Source: Patescibacteria group bacterium (GTDB taxonomy: Bacteria > Patescibacteriota > UBA1384 > JACPKC01). Taken from it: a stretch of 64,000 nucleotides of DNA. Shown here in pieces: positions 31,777-40,937 of this stretch; positions within the stretch are counted from its first letter, which is position 1, and every line of letters starts with the position of its first letter. The stretch spans positions 1,009 to 65,008 of the forward strand of contig JBMNRW010000002.1 in the NCBI GenBank assembly GCA_050944875.1, given 5' to 3'. A program made the position numbers and the translations under genes. Under the pieces are notes generated by a model. The model ran no database searches. It saw only the letters and a program-made list of their open reading frames with translations, and was not told where the DNA came from.

Positions 31777-34433
31777 TCCGCCTCGAGGGATCGCGCGGGG
31801 TCGCGGTGGCGCGTGCCGAGCTGCAGCACAATAGCGTGCTCTGGCGCACTGCCCGGCTCGCTGGCGTTGTTGTCGTCGGTCTTGCGCTCCTCTACTGGGC
31901 GGGCGGCGCGCTGTCGCTCGTGGACGTGTCGCCGTTCTTCCTCGGGCTCGCCGAGCTCGTCGTCGGCGTCGCGATTCTGGTCGGCATCGCCGAGCTGTAC
32001 TACCACGTCGCCGTGGAGCCGAGCGCTCCCGTGGTACCGCTCAGTGACGCCCTGAAGCGCGATGACTGGCAGGACCGAGTCAACATTGCGGACTACGCGT
32101 CCCGCGAACTCGCGACCGTCCTCCTCGCCTCACGGTCTGGTGCGACGTTCGATATCTCCAAATTCCTCCAGGCGCTCCTCATGCAGCGGACGACGCGCGT
32201 TCTCCTCGACCGGGCCGGGCTTGCCGGCGACGTCAAGGGCGGCGCTGCCGGCCAGGCTCCTGGAGTCGCTGAGCCGGTCAACTCCGTTGAAGCGGTGCTC
32301 ACTGTCGCAACCACGCTCGCGGCACAGGGCTTCAAGCGCCACGTCCACGTGAGCCACGTCTTACGCGCGCTTGCTCGGCACCACCAGGGCTTTGCGAACC
32401 TGCTCTTCGCCAACGACGTGAAGCCGGAAGATCTCGATGCCGCGATCGCGTGGTACGAGCGAGTGACGACGCTTGCCCGCGGCAGTTTCTTCTGGGAGCG
32501 GGGGAAGATCGGCGTCTGGGGAATTGGGCGCGACTGGGCGGCCGGGTACACGCCGACGCTCTCGCAGTACGCGGTCGATCTGTCGTCGTACCTGCGGGAA
32601 GCGCAGCTCCAGGCGCAGATCACTGGCCGACAGGCGGAGATCGACCAGCTCGTCACGTCCCTGGCCAGTGAGCGCCGCTCGAATGCGCTCCTGGTTGGAC
32701 AGCCGGGCGTTGGGAAGACGACGATCGTGAACGGACTCGCCGCACGGATTGCTTCCGGTGAGGTGCCGCGCTCGCTCGCCGATAAGCACGTGTTCCAGCT
32801 GGATGTCGGCCGTGTGCTCGCCGGGCTCATGAACCGCGGGGAGCTGGAAGTTCGGCTCCTCAAAATTCTCGGCGACGCGGCGCACGCCGGGAACATCATC
32901 CTCTTCATTAAGGACATCCACGTCCTCCTGGCGGCCGAGGAGGGGAAGACCGGCGCGGTCAACGCGGCCGAGACCCTGCTGCCGTTCCTTGAGTCTGGCC
33001 GGATCCAGCTCATTGGGACGACGACGCCGAGCGACTACCACGGCACGATCGAAGTGCAGTCGGCGGTTGCCCAGCTCTTCTCGCGCGTCGACGTCGCACC
33101 AGCCACGCCCGAAGACACGCTCGTCCAGCTCCAAGACGTCGCGCTGCACCTCGAGGTACGCCAGCGGGTGTTCATTGCGATCCCGACGATCCGAGTGGCG
33201 GTCGAACGGGCGGAGCGCTACCTGGCGAACGTGCCACTCCCGGAGAGTGCGATCCGTGTCCTCGAGGCAGCGGCTGTCGCAGCCGGCAACCGTGGCGGTG
33301 GCGTGCTGACCGTAAAGGATGTTGACGACGTCGTCGCGCAGCTCGCGAAGGTGCCGGTCGGCGACGTTGAGACGACGGAGAAGGACAAGCTCCTCAACCT
33401 CGAAGCAGTCCTCCACGAGCGCGTTGTTGGCCAGGACGAGGCAGTCCAAGCTGTCGCGGCGGCACTCCGCCGGGCTCGGTCAGGCCTCGCGAGCCAGAGT
33501 CGGCCGATCGGTAGTTTCCTCTTCCTCGGGCCGACCGGTGTGGGGAAGACGGAGACGGCGCGGGCGCTCGCGGCCGTGTACTTCGGCGCGGAGGACGCGA
33601 TGGTCCGGATCGACATGAGCGAGTTTCAGAGCCCCGCGAGCCTTGCCCGACTCATCGGGGCGCCGACTGAGGCGAACAAAGCCGGCGCAGGCCAGCTGAC
33701 GAGCGCGCTCCGGGACAAGCCGTTCAGCCTGGTTCTCCTAGATGAGATCGAGAAGGCGCACCCGAACGTCTTAAATGTTTTTCTCCAGATCCTCGACGAC
33801 GGTCGTGTGTCGGACGGTCGCGGCGAGCCGGTCGATTTCCGGAACGCGATTATCATCGCCACCTCGAACGCCGGCTCGGCGATGATCCGCGAGGCAGCGA
33901 AGACTGGCGAGCTCGGCGAGGGCTTCAAGGAGCAGCTCATCAATCACCTGCAGAGCGAGGGGCAGTTCAAGTCGGAGTTCTTAAACCGGTTCGATGCGGT
34001 CGTTGCGTTTAAGCCGCTCAGCCTGACTGAGTTGAGTACGATCGTCGACTACCAGCTCAAGGCGTTGAACGCTCGACTGAGCTCGCAAGAGGTGCAGGTC
34101 GCGTTGACGGACGCAGCGCGGACCCGCCTGGCTGAGCTTGGGTACAAGCCGGAGTTCGGTGCCCGAGCGCTCCGCCGCGTCTTACAGGAAAAGGTTGAGA
34201 ACCTCGTCGCTGATCGGCTCCTCAAGGGCGAGGTACAGCGTGGGCAGATCGTAACGATTGATCTCCCGGACCTGGGTGGAGTGGAGGCAGAACGGCAGGA
34301 CGAGGTCAAGCAGTCGACGACTAGTGGGACGCATACTCCGACGAGCGGGTTGCAGCAAGTAGAGACTCATAAATCAGTATCGGCCAACGGGCTGGCGGAC
34401 GAGTCGATTATCCACGATTCTTGGCGCTCTTAG
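31773..34433 (+). CDS. membrane-anchored two-NBD Clp/Hsp100-family AAA+ ATPase (ClpA/ClpC-like, no long M-domain)
   Basis: N-terminal 2 TM helices, Clp_N-like repeats, D1 Walker A GQPGVGKTT, D2 Walker A GPTGVGKTE, sensor/arginine-finger regions, C-terminal D2-small domain. Confidence 0.8.
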   Translation: MIRLEGSRGVAVARAELQHNSVLWRTARLAGVVVVGLALLYWAGGALSLVDVSPFFLGLAELVVGVAILVGIAELYYHVAVEPSAPVVPLSDALKRDDWQDRVNIADYASRELATVLLASRSGATFDISKFLQALLMQRTTRVLLDRAGLAGDVKGGAAGQAPGVAEPVNSVEAVLTVATTLAAQGFKRHVHVSHVLRALARHHQGFANLLFANDVKPEDLDAAIAWYERVTTLARGSFFWERGKIGVWGIGRDWAAGYTPTLSQYAVDLSSYLREAQLQAQITGRQAEIDQLVTSLASERRSNALLVGQPGVGKTTIVNGLAARIASGEVPRSLADKHVFQLDVGRVLAGLMNRGELEVRLLKILGDAAHAGNIILFIKDIHVLLAAEEGKTGAVNAAETLLPFLESGRIQLIGTTTPSDYHGTIEVQSAVAQLFSRVDVAPATPEDTLVQLQDVALHLEVRQRVFIAIPTIRVAVERAERYLANVPLPESAIRVLEAAAVAAGNRGGGVLTVKDVDDVVAQLAKVPVGDVETTEKDKLLNLEAVLHERVVGQDEAVQAVAAALRRARSGLASQSRPIGSFLFLGPTGVGKTETARALAAVYFGAEDAMVRIDMSEFQSPASLARLIGAPTEANKAGAGQLTSALRDKPFSLVLLDEIEKAHPNVLNVFLQILDDGRVSDGRGEPVDFRNAIIIATSNAGSAMIREAAKTGELGEGFKEQLINHLQSEGQFKSEFLNRFDAVVAFKPLSLTELSTIVDYQLKALNARLSSQEVQVALTDAARTRLAELGYKPEFGARALRRVLQEKVENLVADRLLKGEVQRGQIVTIDLPDLGGVEAERQDEVKQSTTSGTHTPTSGLQQVETHKSVSANGLADESIIHDSWRS

Positions 34434-34684
34434 GTTGTCTTTTGTATTCAGGGCTGGCGACGTAATGGATGCGGCCGACTCGCTTATTGGGTGCGAATTA
34501 AATTGCTCGTACGCACGATACCCGAACTTCCGTTAATCATGGCGTTTTGGTTCGTCAGCACTCCTTCCCGCACTGCAGCACAGCCATTCCTGTGACTGTA
34601 TTACGGGAAGTATTCACTCCCTGTTCCTCTAAGTGGATGGTTGCCTTTCTCATTGCATTCGCTCGCCAGGGTTCAATTTACCCG

Positions 34685-34713
34685 TTGAAGTTCAGGGCGC
34701 TGTTCGGTATACT
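34685..34713 (+). promoter_or_regulatory. promoter TTGAAG-N17-TATACT upstream of tRNA-Ile
   Basis: Hexamers 15 nt upstream of tRNA 5' end. Confidence 0.45.
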
Positions 34714-34727
34714 TGCCCCCGTAGTTT

Positions 34728-34804
34728 GGGCATGTAGCTCAGTTGGTTAGAGCGCGTCACTGATAATGACGAGGTCCCAGGTTCAAATCCTGGCATGCCC
34801 ACCA
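34728..34804 (+). tRNA. tRNA-Ile (anticodon GAT), CCA encoded
   Basis: Cloverleaf: acceptor GGGCATG/CATGCCC, anticodon loop CUGAUAA, T-loop GGTTCAAATCC. Confidence 0.95.
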
Positions 34805-34814
34805 GAGAAGACGA

Positions 34815-34839
34815 CCACGCCTAGGCGTGGCGTTCTTTT
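34815..34839 (+). terminator. weak hairpin (CCACGCC-TA-GGCGTGG) + CGTTCTTTT after tRNA-Ile
   Basis: Inverted repeat then U-rich tract; followed by TGGTATACT extended -10. Confidence 0.3.
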
Positions 34840-34858
34840 GGTATACTTGTGTTGTAAT

Positions 34859-35338
34859 ATGATGAATACGCCGCACATCCTGACGGGGGCAGCGATTGGT
34901 GTTGCAACCGGAAATCCAATCCTGGGGTTCTTGGGTGGTTTGGCGAGTCACTTTGTACTCGACGCGATCCCTCACACGGATCCAGGTACCTGGCATTTCG
35001 AGGAGCCGCTTCCGTTTAAGATTGACGAGCGTGACCTGACAGCGGCATTTATTGATCTCGCCATCGCGGCCGTCTTACTCGTTTGGTTGGCCGGTAATGT
35101 CCCGATCGCTGCGGCAGCGCCACTAGCTGCAATGTTTGGTGCGATATTGCCCGACATTTTTATTGTATCGCTCTTGTTTTGGCCTCGGCTCGTTACCGTG
35201 CCGGGATTTAGTCATTACGACAAGTTTAACCGTATGCTTCAGGCTCAATCGACAGCGAAACCACACCAGTGGGCACTCGGGATTCTTACGCAGGTCGCGG
35301 TGACCGTTGGGGCTGTATGGTTCTTACTCGTCTCCTAG
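34859..35338 (+). CDS. membrane-bound metal-dependent hydrolase (DUF457/YdjM-like), probably leaderless
   Basis: Motifs HILTGAAIG, SHFVLDAIPH, AILPDIFI; TGGTATACT 12 nt upstream of ATG. Confidence 0.55.
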   Translation: MMNTPHILTGAAIGVATGNPILGFLGGLASHFVLDAIPHTDPGTWHFEEPLPFKIDERDLTAAFIDLAIAAVLLVWLAGNVPIAAAAPLAAMFGAILPDIFIVSLLFWPRLVTVPGFSHYDKFNRMLQAQSTAKPHQWALGILTQVAVTVGAVWFLLVS

Positions 35339-35559
35339 TTTTTGCACTCTCGCTCGTCGTCGGGTTCTGGATGATCCGAAATTCGCTGACGCTCGTCGGA
35401 TGGTTCGGGCAGTTTAACTGGGCGGAGCGGTATCTTGGCACAGGGGGCAGTTACAGCGCTTGGAAGCTCTTTGGTATTCTTGCGATCGTCTTCGGTTTCC
35501 TGTACGCTGTCGGCCAGTTTGACATTGCTCCCGAGACAGTGGCGCCGCTCGGGCGGTAG
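35317..35559 (+). CDS. small membrane protein (80 aa)
   Basis: Two hydrophobic helices; overlaps previous gene by 22 nt. Confidence 0.4.
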   Translation: MVLTRLLVFALSLVVGFWMIRNSLTLVGWFGQFNWAERYLGTGGSYSAWKLFGILAIVFGFLYAVGQFDIAPETVAPLGR

Positions 35560-35562
35560 TAC

Positions 35563-35638
35563 GGGCCAGTAGCTCAGTTGGTAGAGCACCGCCTTTGCAA
35601 GGCGGGGGTCTGGGGTTCGAATCCCCACTGGTCCACCA
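35563..35638 (+). tRNA. tRNA-Ala (anticodon TGC) with G3:U70, CCA encoded
   Basis: Acceptor GGGCCAG/CTGGTCC with G3-U70 wobble, anticodon loop UUUGCAA. Confidence 0.95.
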
Positions 35639-35652
35639 ACTTATTCTATAAG

Positions 35653-35680
35653 AAAGAGGTTTTGGAACCTCTTTTAATTT
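35653..35680. terminator. bidirectional hairpin AGAGGTT-TTGG-AACCTCT + T-run between tRNA-Ala and convergent Zn-ribbon gene
   Basis: Perfect 7-bp stem, U-tracts on both sides. Confidence 0.5.
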
Positions 35681-35687
35681 AAGTGTA

Positions 35688-35948
35688 CTACTTCCACCTA
35701 TCGAGTTTTGGTATTCCCCGAGTAAGGAACCAGGCAAGCAAACCGTTCATACCATCTTTTTTCATCTCTTGTATGCAATACGTTTGGAATTTTTGTGCTG
35801 TATCAACTTCTGGCGGATTGAGAAATTTTCCTTTCTCGTAGCACATAGAACAATAGATTTTGCTAATTGAACCATCGGCATTTGTGCCCCCTCCTTTCTT
35901 GTCTTTTATCAATGGAAATCCACAACTTTGACAAATCTGGTTATTCAT
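35688..35948 (-). CDS. putative zinc-ribbon protein (Zn_ribbon_2-like: CQSCGFPL...CSMCY)
   Basis: 86 aa, about 35% GC; two CxxC pairs. Confidence 0.6.
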   Translation of the reverse strand: MNNQICQSCGFPLIKDKKGGGTNADGSISKIYCSMCYEKGKFLNPPEVDTAQKFQTYCIQEMKKDGMNGLLAWFLTRGIPKLDRWK

Positions 35949-36136
35949 TTGAACCCTTTCTATTTGTAGTTCGTACTTGCGGCTCCGCGCCCAGAGGCAT
36001 ATTCTGATACCTGTTTCTGGTGTCTGTTTGGTGAATGGATCTTTGCTGGTGCTTTTAAAGTAACTGGTGAAATTGATCTTAATAAATGAAATCGCAATAA
36101 CAGCGTATGGTAAAGGGTAATATTTCGTGGCGTACC

Positions 36137-36520
36137 TTACCCTTCATCGCGCCCGAGCGCTGATCCAGCGGCCCAGAGGCCAAGGGCTAGGTATAGGATG
36201 CCGTCGTATGGGTCTTCGAGTGCGAGTTCCATGAGCAGAGGGTCGCCAGCCGGGAGGAAGAAGCTCGCAGTGCCGAGGGCGAGGTAGACGAGCGCAATGG
36301 CGCCCACGAGGAGGCGCTGGAGTGGCCGTGGCGCTACTACGGCCGCGATGAGACTCAGTGCTCCTAATGCAAGCTGCACGAGGTTCTCGCGACCGCTGAA
36401 GTACCATGTCGCGCCGAACAGGCTTTCCTCAGGTGTTGGCCCGATGATACCGATAACGCCGAGGATGCTGAGGAGGATAAGCATCCAGCCGCCCCAGATC
36501 AGGAATGACTTCGTTGTCAT
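36137..36520 (-). CDS. small integral membrane protein (127 aa, 4 TM)
   Basis: ORF-track frame trimmed to Met-62. Confidence 0.5.
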   Translation of the reverse strand: MTTKSFLIWGGWMLILLSILGVIGIIGPTPEESLFGATWYFSGRENLVQLALGALSLIAAVVAPRPLQRLLVGAIALVYLALGTASFFLPAGDPLLMELALEDPYDGILYLALGLWAAGSALGRDEG

Positions 36521-37229
36521 AAATTCCTTTCGAGTACATCGGAGTAGTGTTGTTACTATACACCAGGTTTTGAATTGGCGGTCCGGGTATGCTTGTTGGC
36601 AAATCAATGACGAACGTGAATGGTTTATGTCAATTCTCGGCTGTGTTGGATGTGTGTTGACTTGAGGTGGTAGCAAATAGGCGCGAGCTCCCGCTGAAAG
36701 CATGCAGTTGCGAGCTAAGTTGGTCTTTATAGAAGCCGATCGGAATGATTATATTCCGGTTGATGTTGGGATCAAATCTTGCTCGGCCGCTGCATCACCT
36801 GTGGCGCGGGCGTTGGAGTAATTCTTGCGGTCAATACAACCAGCCTGGTTGTCCCTGCTCGTGATCGGTGCAGTATGTTTGGTCGGACGTATCACGTTCG
36901 TAGATGTTCTCGTTGTAGTGATGAACGCGGCGCCGTGGATATACGAGCGCGCGGTCTTTACGGGCAGAGGAAAATTGTCCGGTTGCAACCCAGTACCAGC
37001 GAGCGTCGTCAGCATCTTTGACTACAATGAATGAATTGGATCCGCGTTACAGAGCCTTATGGTACTTAGAAGGAATGTTAATAGATATTAGTGTTTAATT
37101 TTCTATTTTTTTTCTCCTTGTAAACTAGACAAAAATGAAATTATCCGTTATAGCTAGTCCAGCTTTCGGGACTTATTCGGTAATCCCGAATTGCAAATTT
37201 ACACACATCTAGAAACGAGGTGAGGGGAT

Positions 37230-37946
37230 TTGGCACATTTGATTGAGCTAATGTTTTGGTCGTTGTACGCAACGTGCTACGACGCATTGAGTCGACTCAA
37301 GGCGTATAAGGAAATGCAGGTTCGAACTCTGCAGCTTCTCTCACCGACGAGCGGCGAACAAATTCTCGATGCGGGGTCTGGAACAGGTAACTTGATCCGA
37401 GCAATCGAGGATATGGCTGAGGTTGTGGTGGTGGGGGTAGATTGTAATCCTGGTATGCTTGCGGTTGCAAAGCGCAAGCAGTTGAGGGCTACGCTCTGGC
37501 GGTGTGATCTCAACGAAGTTTTGCCGTTTCGTGACAGCACCTTCGACAAGGCTGTGTCGACGAACAATCTTTACGTCCTTGCCGATCCCGTGAGTGTGCT
37601 TAGAGAGTTTCGGCGTGTTTTACGGAAAGGGGGCAAACTCATCATTGTAAACCCCGTGCCTGGCTTTTCGCCCGGAAAGATTCTGCGCGATCATCTCGAT
37701 CGAACCAAGGATCTTTGGGGCTGGCTCGAGGTTGTTATCCATATACCACACATCATGGCGATCCTCTTGCTGAATTTGTTTATTGTGAACAAGGGGAGGG
37801 CGGGGAGTTACCATTTTGCCGATGTGGCGAAATGGCAGCAGTGGGTAAGAGACAGCGGGCTAAGTGTTGATCGTTTGGAGTTGGTGTATGCCGATCAAGC
37901 ACTGCTCGTATCTCTCGTGAAGGAGGAGGTGGTTCCAGGTGCATGA
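37230..37946 (+). CDS. class I SAM-dependent methyltransferase (Methyltransf_11/25-like)
   Basis: Motif I ILDAGSGTGNL, motif post-I VVGVDCNP, motif II; TTG start per ORF track (ATG 37251 alternative). Confidence 0.7.
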   Translation: MAHLIELMFWSLYATCYDALSRLKAYKEMQVRTLQLLSPTSGEQILDAGSGTGNLIRAIEDMAEVVVVGVDCNPGMLAVAKRKQLRATLWRCDLNEVLPFRDSTFDKAVSTNNLYVLADPVSVLREFRRVLRKGGKLIIVNPVPGFSPGKILRDHLDRTKDLWGWLEVVIHIPHIMAILLLNLFIVNKGRAGSYHFADVAKWQQWVRDSGLSVDRLELVYADQALLVSLVKEEVVPGA

Positions 37947-38613
37947 TTTGGCGATGTTGCAGCTTCATTCGGGTGGGCAGTTGCTGACGATTGACTTCGG
38001 CGCTCCGACGCTTCCGGATGAGTATTTCCAAATGTTTCGGCTGCGGCATGATCGGTACTTAGAGAAGGGTTATATCGCGGCGCGAGACGACGGCTTGGAT
38101 TATGACATCTACGACCAGCGAAAGCAGTGTCACTACGTAATTGCTTCCATCGACAGGCGCGTAGTTGGCACAGTGCGTTTGATTGTCGGCAATACGCTGC
38201 CGACCGAGGATTACTTCAGCTTTCATGAGCCGGATCAAATGCGCGAGTTGCCGCGTAGCTGTCGCGGTGAAGTGTCGCGGCTCGTCGTAGAGCGTGAAGC
38301 TAAACTAGCTCAGCATCTAATAACGATCGGGTTAGTATACACGCTGTACTTGATAGCCGAAGAGGGGCAGATCCTCGGAGGTTACCTGTACGTGAAGAAC
38401 TATCTCCGTCGAATTCTCGCCAGCCTTGGAATCCCGCTTCATGATGTTGGGAGCTATACGCTCAAGCACGCGCCGGATTATATGGCTGGATATTTCGCAG
38501 AGACACAGGAGCCGACTGCACCGCTGTACTTCCTTACAAAGGAAGTTGGTCAGGCAGCGATACTCTTGATAAACCAGGAGGCCAATGGCCGATCCTGGAG
38601 AAAAGTCTCTTAA
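37939..38613 (+). CDS. LuxI-family / N-acyl amino acid synthase-like GNAT acyltransferase
   Basis: FRLRHDRYLEKGYIAARDDGLDYDIYDQ...HYVIASIDRRVVGTVRLIVGN...RGEVSRLVV aligns with autoinducer-synthase conserved blocks (R..VF, E.DEYD, RLLP, ExSRFAV); RBS AGGAGGAGG. Confidence 0.55.
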   Translation: MHDLAMLQLHSGGQLLTIDFGAPTLPDEYFQMFRLRHDRYLEKGYIAARDDGLDYDIYDQRKQCHYVIASIDRRVVGTVRLIVGNTLPTEDYFSFHEPDQMRELPRSCRGEVSRLVVEREAKLAQHLITIGLVYTLYLIAEEGQILGGYLYVKNYLRRILASLGIPLHDVGSYTLKHAPDYMAGYFAETQEPTAPLYFLTKEVGQAAILLINQEANGRSWRKVS

Positions 38614-38620
38614 CTCCTTA

Positions 38621-38646
38621 GGGGCCCGTTGGGCCCCTTTTTCTTT
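38621..38646 (+). terminator. rho-independent terminator after the acyltransferase-like gene
   Basis: GGGGCCC-GTT-GGGCCCC + TTTTTCTTT. Confidence 0.55.
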
Positions 38647-38659
38647 CTGTTACACTGAA

Positions 38660-40882
38660 ATGGTCATGTGGACTTACAAAGAATTTCTCATTTTAGTTGC
38701 TATCGTTGTTACGATAGCAATGGCTGTTTTTGTTTGGTTGCGACAGCCGAAAAATCCGGTAAATATATTCTTTCTACTCGCATGCCTAAATGTGGTGGGA
38801 TGGGAAGTCGGGATTATTATCTTTCGAATCTCAGCCGATGGTTCAGCGGAGCTCTATTGGGGTCAGCTAATTCATTTTTTCGCGATTTTGATCCCTCTGT
38901 GTTTCTATGTCATGTTTTCATTCTTTCCAGCAGGGAAGTTTCGGGGAAATGCGATTGTTGTTTCGCTTGTTTCTTTACTAACCATTGTTTGGCTTTGGCT
39001 TGTCTTTTCAGAGAAATATATTTCCAGTTTAACATTGGTCGATGGCGTACGGGGATTGCGATATGAATGGTTATTCCTTCCGTATGTCGTACACATTTCG
39101 ATGTTATTCCTTCTTTGTTTTTTTGTGCTTGGCAGGGGTTTGCAAAGTAGCCGAGGAATTATTAGATCTCAATATCTCTACATGTTCCTCGGACTATTTG
39201 GTGCAAGTGGTGTTGGCTCATATTTGAATCTTTTTCTTGTAGGCATTGGTGATTTTCGGTTCAATTGGCTCGGGCCGTTATCGCCAATAATCATGATGGC
39301 ATTTATAGCGTATGCGATAATAGCACATCGTCTGTTTGATATTCGTGTCATTATTCGACGAACAGTGGTGTTCGCTGGATTGTCTGTATTCTCACTTGGA
39401 ATTTACGCCGCAATTATGTTTGCCGCCACGGCGCTTATTGGTGGCTCGGGTCGGTCAGTATTCTTAGCAAGTCAGTTTGTGCCAAACATGGTTGCTGTGT
39501 TCGCTATAGCGCTTGGCTTTGATCCACTTCGGAAGTGGCTAAGCAAGACGACCGATACTTGGTTATTTAAGGCAGATTACGACAAGGAAGCGCTCCTGGC
39601 AGCGCTCTCTAGGAATCTCGCCAACGCAGTAGATCTAATTGATGCCGTTGAGAGCATGATCGAAATTATGACTACTCAGATGCGTCTTGCGAGTGGTGCT
39701 GCCATTCTTGTGCAGCCAGCCGAGGAAGCAGGCATGTATGAGCTGAAGCAGCTGATTTCTGCCGGATATACTGAGCAACAAAAACGAGCTCTCGAGCTAA
39801 AGCCTAAAGACGCGCTTGTTGAGTTCTTTCAATGCGATAAAGACGGTAAGCATAAGTGCACTAGCCTAGTTGTAGTTGACGAGCTTGAGCGTCAGTATAG
39901 TGACTCCAGTTTTTTAGGGGCGCAAAAAGTACTGGCTGCGGCGCTCATCAAGCGATTGCGGGCGATTGATGTGGCGGTGGCAATACCACTTTACATCGCG
40001 CGCCGAGAGCCGGTCCCGACAGTGCCGGGGACGCCGCCTCAGTACAGGAAAGTTGAGACATTCATTGGCATTGTTGTCCTTGGCGAGAAGAAATCAGGTG
40101 ATGCTTTTACGGCTGAAGATTTGCGTCTATTAGAGATTGTTGCGAGTCAAACAGCTGGGGCAGTTGAAAAATCCCGACTCTTCGAAGAAGACCAGCTTAA
40201 GAGTGAGTTTGTTGCCGTGGCGTCTCATGAATTACTAACTCCGACGGCGGCTATGGAAGGCTATCTATCGATGATTTTGGATGAGGGCTTGGGCAAGGTG
40301 GATAAGCAGGCTCGGACGTACCTCGAGATGGTGTACTCGGAGTCCAAGCGACTCGCCGCCCTCGTGAAAGACCTTCTAAATGTTAGTCGAATAGAGCGGG
40401 GTAAGATTCTCGTTAATCCTGAGCCGATTGTTCTCGATGAAGTGGTCGAGCAGGTGCTCGCGAGCCTCAAGTTCCGGGCCGAAGAGCGGAAGATCTCGAT
40501 CCTATTCAAGAAGGCCGAACCACTCCCTAAGGTGATGGCAGACAAAGATAAGCTTGTTGAAGTGTTTGTGAATCTAATTGGGAACTCGATCAAGTACACG
40601 CCAGAGGGTGGAAAAGTAGAGATTGTAACCGAGGTGCAGGACGGATTCGTCGCTGTCTGTGTGAAGGATAATGGAATTGGGATGAAACCAGAGGACGCAC
40701 AGCACCTCTTTAGTAAGTTTTTCCGCGCCTCGAACTCTGACCAGACCGGTCAGGGCGGGACAGGGCTCGGTCTCTACATCACGAAGAACGTCATTGAACT
40801 CATGGGCGGGACGATCACAGTCAAGACGGCGCTTGGAAAAGGCTCGGCGTTTACCTTTACTTTGCCTGTGGTTAACGGGTGA
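38660..40882 (+). CDS. sensor histidine kinase with N-terminal multi-pass (7-8 TM) sensor domain, GAF-like linker, HisKA and HATPase_c
   Basis: H-box VAVASHELLTPTAAMEGY, N/G1/G2 boxes (NLIGNSIKYT, DNGIGM, GGTGLGLYI); about 40% GC; start uncertain (38585/38660/38741). Confidence 0.85.
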   Translation: MVMWTYKEFLILVAIVVTIAMAVFVWLRQPKNPVNIFFLLACLNVVGWEVGIIIFRISADGSAELYWGQLIHFFAILIPLCFYVMFSFFPAGKFRGNAIVVSLVSLLTIVWLWLVFSEKYISSLTLVDGVRGLRYEWLFLPYVVHISMLFLLCFFVLGRGLQSSRGIIRSQYLYMFLGLFGASGVGSYLNLFLVGIGDFRFNWLGPLSPIIMMAFIAYAIIAHRLFDIRVIIRRTVVFAGLSVFSLGIYAAIMFAATALIGGSGRSVFLASQFVPNMVAVFAIALGFDPLRKWLSKTTDTWLFKADYDKEALLAALSRNLANAVDLIDAVESMIEIMTTQMRLASGAAILVQPAEEAGMYELKQLISAGYTEQQKRALELKPKDALVEFFQCDKDGKHKCTSLVVVDELERQYSDSSFLGAQKVLAAALIKRLRAIDVAVAIPLYIARREPVPTVPGTPPQYRKVETFIGIVVLGEKKSGDAFTAEDLRLLEIVASQTAGAVEKSRLFEEDQLKSEFVAVASHELLTPTAAMEGYLSMILDEGLGKVDKQARTYLEMVYSESKRLAALVKDLLNVSRIERGKILVNPEPIVLDEVVEQVLASLKFRAEERKISILFKKAEPLPKVMADKDKLVEVFVNLIGNSIKYTPEGGKVEIVTEVQDGFVAVCVKDNGIGMKPEDAQHLFSKFFRASNSDQTGQGGTGLGLYITKNVIELMGGTITVKTALGKGSAFTFTLPVVNG

Positions 40883-40937
40883 CTTGTTTTATGGGAAACT
40901 ACTCGATACCGTTAGGGGGACAATAAAAAGGAGGCAT

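Noticed and set aside
36750-37020. GC-rich 270-nt patch inside the AT-rich island with overlapping ORFs on both strands (36749-37015-, 36779-37021+, 36825-37034+) and a protein-like but start-less frame
   Set aside because: No frame has both a start codon and convincing composition. It is possibly a decayed gene remnant, so it is not reported as a feature.
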